Source of the DNA: Candidatus Nitrospira inopinata
GTDB taxonomy: Bacteria; Nitrospirota; Nitrospiria; Nitrospirales; Nitrospiraceae
NCBI RefSeq assembly: GCF_001458695.1
Contig: NZ_LN885086.1
Coordinates: forward strand, 690,001 to 722,000
Reading direction: 5' to 3'
Length of the DNA stretch: 32,000 nucleotides
Shown here one piece after another: positions 24,339 to 32,000 of this stretch (the first letter of the stretch is position 1; each line of letters begins with the position of its first letter). Under the pieces are notes generated by a model, which was given only the letters and a program-made list of their open reading frames with translations, did no database searches and was not told where the DNA came from. Both the position numbers and the translations under genes were made by a program.

Positions 24339-25769
24339 ATGGACCTTCAACGGCTGACACAACGGGGCGAGAACGAATGGATGATCGAACCCCAGGGCAC
24401 GATGAGGGTGCCAGGTGTGATCTATGCCACGGAATCTTTGATTCGCGAGATGGACGACAAGGTCTATGAACAGGTCGTCAACGTGGCGACTCTTCCTGGG
24501 ATTGTCCGGGCGTCCTATGCGATGCCTGATGCCCACTGGGGCTATGGGTTTCCGATTGGAGGTGTCGCGGCGTTCAACCCCGACAAGGGCGGTGTCGTCT
24601 CCGCCGGTGGTGTGGGCTTTGACATCTCTTGCGGCGTGCGCTTGCTTCGCACGGGACTCACAGCGGAGGAGGTTCACCCGATCAAGGAACAACTGGCCGA
24701 CGCCCTGTTTCATCACGTTCCTGCCGGTGTCGGCAGCACGGGTCGATTGCGACTCAATCGGGACGAGATGGACGCCATGTTATCCGGCGGAGCGAAATGG
24801 GCCGTCTCCAAAGGCTATGGCCTGCGCGATGACCTGGCCTTGATCGAAGAAGGAGGGTGCATGGCTGGCGCCGAGCCGGACTGCGTGTCCGACCAGGCCA
24901 AAAAGCGGCAACAGGACGAGATGGGGACGCTCGGCTCCGGGAACCATTATCTGGAAGTACAACGGGTGGCCAGGATTTTTGATGAACCGATCGGCGCGGC
25001 CTTTGGCCTCCGCGAAGGGGATCTGGTCGTGAGCATCCATTGCGGCTCGCGCGGCCTGGGCCATCAAATTGGAACCGAGTTCTTAAAGCGCATGGCTGTG
25101 AGCGCATCGCGCCATCAGATTGCGTTGCCTGATCGTGAGTTGGCCTGTGCCCCCATTAACTCGGAGGAAGGGCAGGAATATCTCGGCGCCATGCGCGCGG
25201 CGATCAACTGCGCGCTTGCCAATCGGCAGATCATTACCCACCTGGTCAGGGAGGTGTTTGAGAAGCTGCTCCCCCAGGCCTCTCTCACCCTGCTCTACGA
25301 CGTCTCGCATAACACCTGTAAAGTGGAAACCCATCCTATCGACGGGCGACCGACGCGCCTCTTCGTCCATCGAAAGGGTGCCACGCGAGCCTTTGGCCCT
25401 GGCCATTCCGACCTCCCTCCCTCACTTCGACCCATTGGTCAGCCGGTTCTCATTGGGGGCACGATGGGGACGGCTTCTTATGTGCTTGTTGGCACCACCA
25501 AGGGCATGGCCTTGGCCTATGGCTCCGCCTGCCATGGAGCGGGCCGAAGCATGAGTCGCCATCAGGCCACCAGGCGATGGCAGGGCCGCGATGTGGTGAA
25601 AGAATTGGCCGGGCGCGGGATTCTGATCCGCAGCCCATCCATGAGGGGCGTCGCCGAAGAGGCGCCAGGCGCCTACAAAGATGTGAGCGAAGTGGTCAAT
25701 GCGGCTGACGAAGCCGGTCTGGCCAAGAAGGTCGCCCGGCTTGAACCCCTGGTGTGCATCAAGGGGTAG
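24339..25769 (+). CDS. rtcB: RNA 3'-phosphate/5'-OH ligase RtcB
   Basis: ATG at 24339 (MDLQRL...). Conserved RtcB blocks: MPDAHWGYGFPIGGV, GGVGFDISCGVR, GSGNHYLEVQ, HCGSRGLGHQ, HNT, HRKGATRAF, GTMGTASYVL and CHGAGR. Confidence 0.95.
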   Translation: MDLQRLTQRGENEWMIEPQGTMRVPGVIYATESLIREMDDKVYEQVVNVATLPGIVRASYAMPDAHWGYGFPIGGVAAFNPDKGGVVSAGGVGFDISCGVRLLRTGLTAEEVHPIKEQLADALFHHVPAGVGSTGRLRLNRDEMDAMLSGGAKWAVSKGYGLRDDLALIEEGGCMAGAEPDCVSDQAKKRQQDEMGTLGSGNHYLEVQRVARIFDEPIGAAFGLREGDLVVSIHCGSRGLGHQIGTEFLKRMAVSASRHQIALPDRELACAPINSEEGQEYLGAMRAAINCALANRQIITHLVREVFEKLLPQASLTLLYDVSHNTCKVETHPIDGRPTRLFVHRKGATRAFGPGHSDLPPSLRPIGQPVLIGGTMGTASYVLVGTTKGMALAYGSACHGAGRSMSRHQATRRWQGRDVVKELAGRGILIRSPSMRGVAEEAPGAYKDVSEVVNAADEAGLAKKVARLEPLVCIKG

Positions 25770-25788
25770 CAAGGCCTCGCCTACCAAC

Positions 25789-26181
25789 ATGCCGGATGAC
25801 ATGAACGACCGTCTGACTCTCGGCACCACCCTCCTCGTAATTCATTCGTTTGCCTCGTTCCTCACATTCCTCTACTGCCACATCAATACCGAGAGTCAGG
25901 CGGTGTTTGCCTATTTTCTTTTCCTCATTGTCGATGCCCCGACCCTTCCCTGGGCCTTTGAGATCGAAGGCAAGATCGGCTTTCTCTCACCGCTCGCCGA
26001 CGCATGGACCAACGTGTGGTACTACGGCCACCAAGGAGTCAACCTGAGAGCGTTCATTCTGACAGCGATATTCGGGGGGCTCCATTGGTTTGCAATCGGA
26101 AATCTTCTGACGTATCTCTTCAGGCAAATCCACCAACGACTCCAACGACAGCCGACGTCATCAACCGTTCAGTCCCTCTGA
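25789..26181 (+). CDS. small integral membrane protein, unknown function
   Basis: ATG at 25789 lies 20 nt after the rtcB stop. 130 aa with three to four hydrophobic helices (LTLGTTLLVIHSFASFLTFLY; VFAYFLFLIVDA; AFILTAIFGGLHWFAIGNLLTYLF). Confidence 0.55.
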   Translation: MPDDMNDRLTLGTTLLVIHSFASFLTFLYCHINTESQAVFAYFLFLIVDAPTLPWAFEIEGKIGFLSPLADAWTNVWYYGHQGVNLRAFILTAIFGGLHWFAIGNLLTYLFRQIHQRLQRQPTSSTVQSL

Positions 26182-26274
26182 CACACCGAGCGACGCGACT
26201 TGGGGTCCACCAGCTCGCCGGTGCTATTTTGCCCTGTTGCAATTTCTTCGTTTGGTCGAAGCAGGCCCACCCTT

Positions 26275-27627
26275 TTATATTCTGCGCCGCCCCCACACAA
26301 AGTAGATGGGGGCGCCCACCAACAGCGTCGCAATTCCCATGGCTCCTTCTATCGGCCGTTCATACAGGGCATTCCAGACGATCACAACCGCCGCAAGAAT
26401 AAAAAATGCGGGAACGACGGGATAAAGCGGCGTGCGATAGGGGCGGGGAAGGTCTGGCTCCCGACGCCGAAGCACGAAGACCGATCCGACTGCCAGGGCG
26501 CTGAAGATGGTGAGCACGGTGCCACTATAGATCACCAGCCGCTCAAAGCTTCCCGAGAGAATCAAGACGGAAGCCCACAGGCTCTGGAGAAGAATGGCGT
26601 GAGTCGGTATGCCTCGTCTGCCGGAGAGTTGACAAAAATACGTTGGAATCAACCCGTCTTTCGCCATCGCATAATACACACGAGGTCCGGCCCACACCAT
26701 GGCGCTCACGGCTCCTGCAATTGACAGGCACAGGATCATGGTCACCAGGCGAGCAGCATCCGCCCCCAGCAGCGCCGCAGCGACTTTATTTGCGACGGGC
26801 AACAGCGGTGGATCGGCCAACTCCGCCACCGTCAAGGCATAGAAATAGAGCAGGTTCAGCACGAGATAGAGGAGCATGACAAACAGGGTACCGCCGATCA
26901 ACGCGCGAGGAAGGGTGCGAGCCGGTTCTCTCACCTCGCCGGCCAAGTACACCGCGGCATTCCACCCCGAATAGGCATAGAGCGCAAAGATCAACGAGAC
27001 GACGCACAGTCCGAGACTCGGCGTAGCACGTGCATCGGGGAGCGCAAGATGAGCCCAGTCCCCCTTTCCTCCTAGCAATCCCGCCACAACGAGAAAGAGG
27101 ATCGCCCCTATGTTCAATATGGTAAGAGTCCGTTGAAGCCATTCCCCTGCTCCTACGCCGAGCAGGTGAAATCCCGTGATCGCCCACAGGAGGGCAAGCG
27201 CCACGATGATTGACAGGACCCCCTCTGTTCCTTCGTCTCCAAATCGAACGATCTCAAGAAAATAGGAGGCGAAGCTCATGGCTCCGGCCGCAATAGCCGC
27301 ACTAAAGCCGACGGCGAAGGACGTCCATCCGCTCAGGAACCCGACGAACGGTCCATAGGCACGAGTGAGATAGACGTACTCTCCGCCGGCAACCGGCAGC
27401 GCCGTCCCCAATTCGCTATAGGCCAATGCTCCTGCGAGGGCGATCAATCCGCCCATCAGCCAAACGGCAAGGATCAAGCCGGGATGGCCAAGATCCCGTG
27501 CCATAAAGCCCGTGGTGGTAAAGATCCCGCTCCCTATGACGTTGCCGATCAGCACGCAAGCGGCGGTGAACCAGCCGATACGACGAGAAAGCGTCGACGG
27601 ATCACCATCGGTCCTTTCCATCCGCAC
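26275..27627 (-). CDS. APC-superfamily amino acid/polyamine permease
   Basis: 450 aa with about 12 TM segments. N-terminal VLIGNVIGSGIFTTTGF is the APC signature. It starts 6 nt after the pcm stop. Confidence 0.9.
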   Translation of the reverse strand: MRMERTDGDPSTLSRRIGWFTAACVLIGNVIGSGIFTTTGFMARDLGHPGLILAVWLMGGLIALAGALAYSELGTALPVAGGEYVYLTRAYGPFVGFLSGWTSFAVGFSAAIAAGAMSFASYFLEIVRFGDEGTEGVLSIIVALALLWAITGFHLLGVGAGEWLQRTLTILNIGAILFLVVAGLLGGKGDWAHLALPDARATPSLGLCVVSLIFALYAYSGWNAAVYLAGEVREPARTLPRALIGGTLFVMLLYLVLNLLYFYALTVAELADPPLLPVANKVAAALLGADAARLVTMILCLSIAGAVSAMVWAGPRVYYAMAKDGLIPTYFCQLSGRRGIPTHAILLQSLWASVLILSGSFERLVIYSGTVLTIFSALAVGSVFVLRRREPDLPRPYRTPLYPVVPAFFILAAVVIVWNALYERPIEGAMGIATLLVGAPIYFVWGRRRI

Positions 27628-27633
27628 GACCCC

Positions 27634-28365
27634 CTACTGTTTTTTCGTCGGACGGACCAACGGAACAAATCGGACCAACATGATGGTTTTCCGCTCATAG
27701 CCGGTCTCCGTACGGCGATGGAGTTCCAGCATTTGCGAGTACGTGCCGACGGGAAGAATGAGGCGCCCGCCGATGGCCAATTGATCGAGCAAGGGCTGAG
27801 GGACGTGATCTGGTGCAGCCGTCACCATGATTGCATCGAACGGTGCTTCTTCGGGCCACCCTTCATAGCCGTCCCCCACCCGCACCTGGACGTTTCTGTA
27901 TCCCAGGTCGGCCAACGTCTGTTCCGCCCGGCGGGCAAGCGGCTCCACGATTTCCACCGTAAACACCTTGTCGGCCAGTTCGGCAAGAATGGCGGCTTGG
28001 TAACCCGAGCCCGTCCCCACCTCCAACACCTTGTCCGTCTTTCTAAGCCGCAAGTGCGCCGTCATCTCGGCGACCAGCGAGGGCTGTGAAATGGTCTGAC
28101 CATGGCCAATGGGCAGAGGACCATCCACGTAAGCAAACAACGAATAAGCTCCCGGCACGAAGCGATGGCGCGGCACATGTCTCATCGCGGCAATCAATGC
28201 GGGATCTTCAATGCCGCGAGGAATGATGTATTGATCGACCATCCGGTTGCGTTCAACGTCGTGCGTGGACTTCCCGCCTTCTCCACCATGACAGGAGGCA
28301 ACCCATACCGAGAGCAAGAGCACGGCAATGGCAAGGAGCGTGGCTCGCACGATCCGGGTCTTCAC
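27634..28365 (-). CDS. pcm: protein-L-isoaspartate O-methyltransferase with N-terminal export signal
   Basis: 243 aa. HVPRHRFVP, GHGQTISQPSLVA, VLEVGTGSGYQAAILA and PFDAIMVTAA are Pcm hallmarks. N-terminal MKTRIVRATLLAIAVLLLSVWVASC is a signal/lipobox-like segment. Confidence 0.92.
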   Translation of the reverse strand: MKTRIVRATLLAIAVLLLSVWVASCHGGEGGKSTHDVERNRMVDQYIIPRGIEDPALIAAMRHVPRHRFVPGAYSLFAYVDGPLPIGHGQTISQPSLVAEMTAHLRLRKTDKVLEVGTGSGYQAAILAELADKVFTVEIVEPLARRAEQTLADLGYRNVQVRVGDGYEGWPEEAPFDAIMVTAAPDHVPQPLLDQLAIGGRLILPVGTYSQMLELHRRTETGYERKTIMLVRFVPLVRPTKKQ

Positions 28366-28642
28366 ACAAACTCCCGTGGTCTCGATCGTGTTTTGCTGAA
28401 AGAAGCAATCACAATGCCTTGTCCGCCGGCCCGGACCTCAACGAAGAAGTTGAGAGGACGGAAGTTCGCGTTCAATACGCTTCTGTGGCGTTCGGCTACG
28501 AAGACGTTCCCCTCGCTGTGGCACGTTGTCCCCGGCAAGAGTTCGGCGAATCTGCTTGGGAGTGGAAACGTGTCGGCGAGGCAGGTCTTTTCGTCGTCAT
28601 GCCGATCGGCACCGGCCTTGCTTTCTCCGTTAAGGGTGAGTC

Positions 28643-29806
28643 ATGGCCATGTCACCCTGTCAGACTAATCTCCAAGCCGCACTCTATTACGAACCCCTGC
28701 CTGACCACTTCGTCCGCTGCACCCTCTGTCCACACGAGTGCCGAATCGCGCCGGACCACCGGGGTGTCTGTGGCGTTCGAATCAACCGTGGAGGCCGACT
28801 GTTCACGCAGGTCGGAAATCGGATCGTTGCAGCGGAGATCGACCCGATCGAAAAGAAGCCCTTGTTTCATTTTCTTCCCGGAAGCTCGACCTATTCGATC
28901 GCCACGGTCGGCTGCAATCTGCGCTGCCGATTCTGTCAGAACTGGGCTATCTCGCAATGGCCGAAGCTGCAAGGGTCCCCCACGGGGTCTCAAGAGGACG
29001 GCGGCAAGACGTCGCCAGCGGCGGGGGAACATCCGGAAGATGAGTGGTGCCCTGATGCAGAACCATCTAAAGCAGAATGGAGGATTGGAACGACGGTGGT
29101 TCCATCTGAGATCATCTCCCTCGCTCAACGAGCCGGCTGCGGAAGCATGGCCTACACCTACACGGAACCGACGATCTTCTACGAGCTGGCCCTCACGACC
29201 GCGCGGCTGGCGTCCACGGCCGGGCTCGGCAACGTGTTTGTCACCAACGGATTTATCTCGCTCGATCCCCTCCGAGAAATCGCATCGTACCTCGGCGCCG
29301 CCAACATCGATCTCAAATCCTTCCGCGACAGCTCTTACAAGAAATTGTGCGGAGCCAGACTGGAGCCGGTCTTGGCGGCCATTCGGGAATACAAGAGACT
29401 GGGGGTCTGGATCGAGCTCACCACGTTGCTGATTCCCGGATTGAATGACGAGGACGACGAACTGAGGGACATCGCGCGCTTCATCGCCACCGACCTGGGA
29501 GCTGATGTGCCCTGGCATCTCAGCCGTTTCTTCCCCGCCTATAAGATGGAGCGCTGGCAGGCAACACCTGTTCATTCGTTGCTGCGAGCCAGAGAAATCG
29601 GCCGGGAGGAGGGGTTGCGTTATGTCTACGTGGGAAATCTCCCGCAAGGGGCGCAAGGGGAGGGAGCCGAGGATACCATCTGCCCAGATTGCGAGACGGT
29701 CCTCATTAGGCGAAGGCGATTCACGGTCGTTGAGAATCGACTGCGAACCGGCCACTGCCCTGACTGTCACCGGCTCGTGGCGGGGCGGTGGGTCGTCGGC
29801 GGCTGA
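28643..29806 (+). CDS. AmmeMemoRadiSam-type radical SAM enzyme (PFL-activase-like)
   Basis: 387 aa with AAGGGTGAG SD. N-terminal Cys cluster VRCTLCPHECRIAPDHRGVCGVR. DPIEKKPLFHF. Radical SAM CNLRCRFCQNW (C-x3-C-x2-C, nt 28913-28936). TYTEPTIFYE, ANIDLK, PWHLSRFFPAYK and the C-terminal CPDC...CPDC knuckle all match the AmmeMemoRadiSam radical SAM family pattern. Confidence 0.88.
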   Translation: MAMSPCQTNLQAALYYEPLPDHFVRCTLCPHECRIAPDHRGVCGVRINRGGRLFTQVGNRIVAAEIDPIEKKPLFHFLPGSSTYSIATVGCNLRCRFCQNWAISQWPKLQGSPTGSQEDGGKTSPAAGEHPEDEWCPDAEPSKAEWRIGTTVVPSEIISLAQRAGCGSMAYTYTEPTIFYELALTTARLASTAGLGNVFVTNGFISLDPLREIASYLGAANIDLKSFRDSSYKKLCGARLEPVLAAIREYKRLGVWIELTTLLIPGLNDEDDELRDIARFIATDLGADVPWHLSRFFPAYKMERWQATPVHSLLRAREIGREEGLRYVYVGNLPQGAQGEGAEDTICPDCETVLIRRRRFTVVENRLRTGHCPDCHRLVAGRWVVGG

Positions 29807-29843
29807 ACCGCTCCACGGCCGTTAGATTGCAGAGGTCCGACTC

Positions 29844-31058
29844 ATGGGACTGATCGATCCGATGATCATAGAGTCTTCCCGGACGGCGCCGGCGGAAGAA
29901 GCCGTCGAAATCGTCGAGCGGAAAGGGTTGGGCCATCCCGACACCATCTGCGACGCCGTGATGGAGGCCGTGGCCGTCCAATTGGCACGGGCCTACCTCA
30001 CGATCTGCGGCCGTGTCCTTCATTTCAACGCCGACAAGGGGATGCTGGTGGCCGGTCAAGTCGAGTGCCGATTCGGCGGCGGCGCCGTTGTCACTCCCAT
30101 GCGGTTGGTCATGGGCGATCGAGCCACCTGCGAGTGGCGGAGCAAGCGAATCCCGGTCAAGGACATCGCCGAACGGACGGCCTTTCACTGGTTTCAACGG
30201 CACTTGCCCCGCATCAAGCCAGGTCACGATGTGGAATGTCAGGTTGAGCTGAAACCGGCGTCCGAGGAGTTGCGGTCCGTGACCGAACGGCCACACGAAG
30301 TCGTGGCCAACGACACGTCCGCCACCGTCGGATACGCTCCCCTCACACCCACGGAACGGCTCGTCTTGCGGATCGAACAATTTCTCAACGGCCGTCTCTT
30401 CAAGAAAGAGTTCCCGGACACGGGCGAAGACGTCAAGGTGCTCGCCGTCCGTCGCAAGAAGGAACTGACCGTCACAGTGGCGATGCCCTTCCTCGCTCCA
30501 TTGATCCGTACCGAAGCCGTCTATTTCAAGCGGAAAACATTGGCAGAGCGCGTCCTGACCGATTTTGTGACACGCGAGTGTCCGGTGGACTTCTCTCCAC
30601 ACGTCTTCTTGAATGTATTAGATCAACGTGGAGCCGGTGAGGCCGGCGCTTACCTGACGTTGCTGGGGACGTCGGCGGAGGCCGGTGACTCCGGCGAAGT
30701 CGGACGAGGCAATCGTGTCTGCGGCATCATTTCACTGAGACGACCGGCCAGCGCCGAGGCCGCCCCGGGCAAGAACCCTCACGCCCATGTCGGAAAGATC
30801 TATAACGTATTGGCTCAGACGATGGCGGAGGGCATTCACAATAAGGTCGAAGGCTTGCGTGACGTGACCGTGTGGATCACGAGCCAGATTGGCCGGCCAA
30901 TTTCCTCACCACATTCCGTGGTCGTCGAAGTCATTCCGGCAAGGGGGACGACGCTGGCGTCCGTACGGCCGCAGATCCAGCGCGTCGTTCGAGCAGCCTT
31001 TTCACGTATGCCCTCCTTCTGCAAGCAATTGGCGCAAGGTCTGTACTCGGTCTGCTGA
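29844..31058 (+). CDS. archaeal-type S-adenosylmethionine synthetase (methionine adenosyltransferase)
   Basis: 404 aa. VERKGLGHPDTICDAV, ANDTSATVGYAPLTPTERLVL, GEDVKVLAVR, LLGTSAEAGDSGEVGRGNRV and APGKNPHAHVGKIYNVLA match, block for block, the archaeal MAT family as I remember it from Methanocaldococcus MAT, not bacterial MetK. Confidence 0.9.
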   Translation: MGLIDPMIIESSRTAPAEEAVEIVERKGLGHPDTICDAVMEAVAVQLARAYLTICGRVLHFNADKGMLVAGQVECRFGGGAVVTPMRLVMGDRATCEWRSKRIPVKDIAERTAFHWFQRHLPRIKPGHDVECQVELKPASEELRSVTERPHEVVANDTSATVGYAPLTPTERLVLRIEQFLNGRLFKKEFPDTGEDVKVLAVRRKKELTVTVAMPFLAPLIRTEAVYFKRKTLAERVLTDFVTRECPVDFSPHVFLNVLDQRGAGEAGAYLTLLGTSAEAGDSGEVGRGNRVCGIISLRRPASAEAAPGKNPHAHVGKIYNVLAQTMAEGIHNKVEGLRDVTVWITSQIGRPISSPHSVVVEVIPARGTTLASVRPQIQRVVRAAFSRMPSFCKQLAQGLYSVC

Positions 31059-31146
31059 ACCTCGTACATGGGACATTTGCGAAGCGCAGCACCGATCTTG
31101 TCGCCCCGTGATCACCACCAGAGGTGATCCGCCGGCTGTGCCGACG

Positions 31147-31881
31147 ATGGAAGCAGGAGCTCACATTGCACCTCACCACCTCGGAAGAGTCGAGAAACGA
31201 CTTCTCCCCCCTTGTCTCGTGCGAACGAGGAACAAGACCGCTTGTGTTCCGATAATAACCGGCATCTTGTTTCTCCTCCTGACTGTAGCCTGTACTTCCC
31301 CCGTCGAGAGCCTGCGCCCGGCATCTCCGGACTCTCCTGTTCGAACGATCTTGATCTCACTCGACACCTGGCATGCCATGATTGCGTTTCCGATCGACGA
31401 ACCTGATCGTTCGTCGTCTGCACCGCATCGGTACGAGGAATGGGGCTATGCCGAACGGGCCTGGTATCTGGAAGGCCGGCAAGGGATAGGTGGCATCGTG
31501 CGCGCCCTGTTCTGGCCTTCGGAGGGAGTGGTAGAAGTTGGCCACTATCATCAAGTGTGGGCGAACCGCACCCCGCAACCGCCCGCCGAACTGTTTACTT
31601 TTTTTGTGAGTGACGAGGCCTATCACCGATTAAAGCGGCACCTGCGTGGCACCATCTCGGAAGAGACGCCGCTGGCCTCGATAGATCAATCGGTCTTTTA
31701 CCCTGCAACACAGTCCTACCATCTGTTTCACACCTGCCATCAGTACGCTGCCCTTGCCTTGCGCGAGGCTGGTTTGCCGCTCTCACCGTTCTGGGCCTTT
31801 ACTCGCACCAGCTTGGCTTGGCAACTCAAGCGCGCGGCGCAATCACCGGAGAACCACCCGGTTACCGTACCTCCTGCATGA
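31147..31881 (+). CDS. DUF2459-like lipoprotein
   Basis: ATG at 31147. An alternative GTG at 31219 gives MRTRNKTACVPIITGILFLLLTVAC with a lipobox. WHAMIAFP ... YEEWGYAERAWYLEG ... FYPATQSYHLFHTCHQYAALALREAGLP resembles the DUF2459 pattern. The track ORF start at 30889 overlaps the MAT gene and is rejected. Confidence 0.7.
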   Translation: MEAGAHIAPHHLGRVEKRLLPPCLVRTRNKTACVPIITGILFLLLTVACTSPVESLRPASPDSPVRTILISLDTWHAMIAFPIDEPDRSSSAPHRYEEWGYAERAWYLEGRQGIGGIVRALFWPSEGVVEVGHYHQVWANRTPQPPAELFTFFVSDEAYHRLKRHLRGTISEETPLASIDQSVFYPATQSYHLFHTCHQYAALALREAGLPLSPFWAFTRTSLAWQLKRAAQSPENHPVTVPPA

Positions 31882-31909
31882 CAGGATATGAAGAGAGCAC
31901 GGAGAACGG

Positions 31910-32000
31910 ATGAGATTGCCAACCCACGAAGCCTCCTTGGGTTTTCTTTTGCTCGTCGCCTTCTCTGTCAAGATCGCCGCACCACGGACATACCGCCCTA
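31910..32000 (+). CDS. 5' end of an ORF with signal-peptide-like start (runs off the window)
   Basis: ATG at 31910 is preceded by GGAGAACGG (SD-like, 5-nt spacing). MRLPTHEASLGFLLLVAFSVKIAAP looks like a signal peptide. Only 30 codons are visible. Confidence 0.3.
   Translation, partial: MRLPTHEASLGFLLLVAFSVKIAAPRTYRP

Noticed and set aside
23704-24360. 218-aa minus-strand ORF overlapping the archease gene
   Set aside because: It is antisense to a gene with clear archease motifs and has no recognisable features.
28419-30602. Three long ORFs (28419-29432 plus, 28652-29770 minus, 29721-30602 minus) overlapping the radical SAM and MAT genes
   Set aside because: These are off-frame or antisense shadows with Arg/Ser/Pro/Gly-rich translations. 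The annotated frames carry complete family motifs.
30889-31146. Upstream 86 codons of the DUF2459 ORF
   Set aside because: It overlaps the 3' end of the MAT gene in another frame, and its translation is Arg/Ser/Pro-rich. A lipoprotein signal begins after the internal starts at 31147/31219.
1-32000. CRISPR arrays, rRNA, tRNA, intact insertion sequences
   Set aside because: No regularly spaced direct repeats, no rRNA/tRNA hallmark strings and no intact transposase were seen on either strand. The only mobile-element trace is the integrase fragment.

Overview
This is a GC-rich (roughly 60% by eye) chromosomal segment from a diderm bacterium, judging by Pal, an outer-membrane beta-barrel protein, lipoboxes and heavy use of sigma-54-type regulators. 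Nearly all genes from 600 to 23402 lie on the minus strand.

Left third: a putative periplasmic metal-oxidation locus.
- A 1587-aa, six-cupredoxin-domain multicopper oxidase (2604-7367).
- Three exported proteins follow it; the last two start at GTGA stop/start overlaps: a LolA-like protein, an amicyanin-type blue copper protein and an SmbP-like metal binder.
- A structured leader of about 245 nt, a sigma-54-type promoter and an upstream 12-bp inverted repeat precede it.
- Further upstream is an operon for an outer-membrane beta-barrel, a 2OG-Fe(II) oxygenase and a Cys-rich protein.

Middle: a regulatory cluster.
- Two sigma-54 enhancer-binding proteins, one with a Cys-rich PAS-like sensor and one NtrC-type response regulator.
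- An orphan receiver and a membrane PAS-PAS histidine kinase.
- The cluster is split by a small AT-richer islet. The islet carries a decayed integron-integrase-like fragment, an attC-like imperfect palindrome and a brnT/brnA toxin-antitoxin pair.

Right part:
- An envelope operon: small secreted protein, Pal, a lipoprotein, and a fused acyl-AMP ligase-ACP-PlsC acyltransferase.
- A PepSY protein.
- An archease-RtcB RNA ligase pair.
- An exported Pcm with an APC permease.
- An AmmeMemoRadiSam-type radical SAM enzyme, directly followed by an archaeal-type SAM synthetase and a DUF2459-like lipoprotein.

I saw no rRNA, tRNA or CRISPR array. The best candidate for an undescribed system is the oxidase locus with its sigma-54 circuit and structured leaders. 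All functional calls come from motif recognition by eye; no database search was run.
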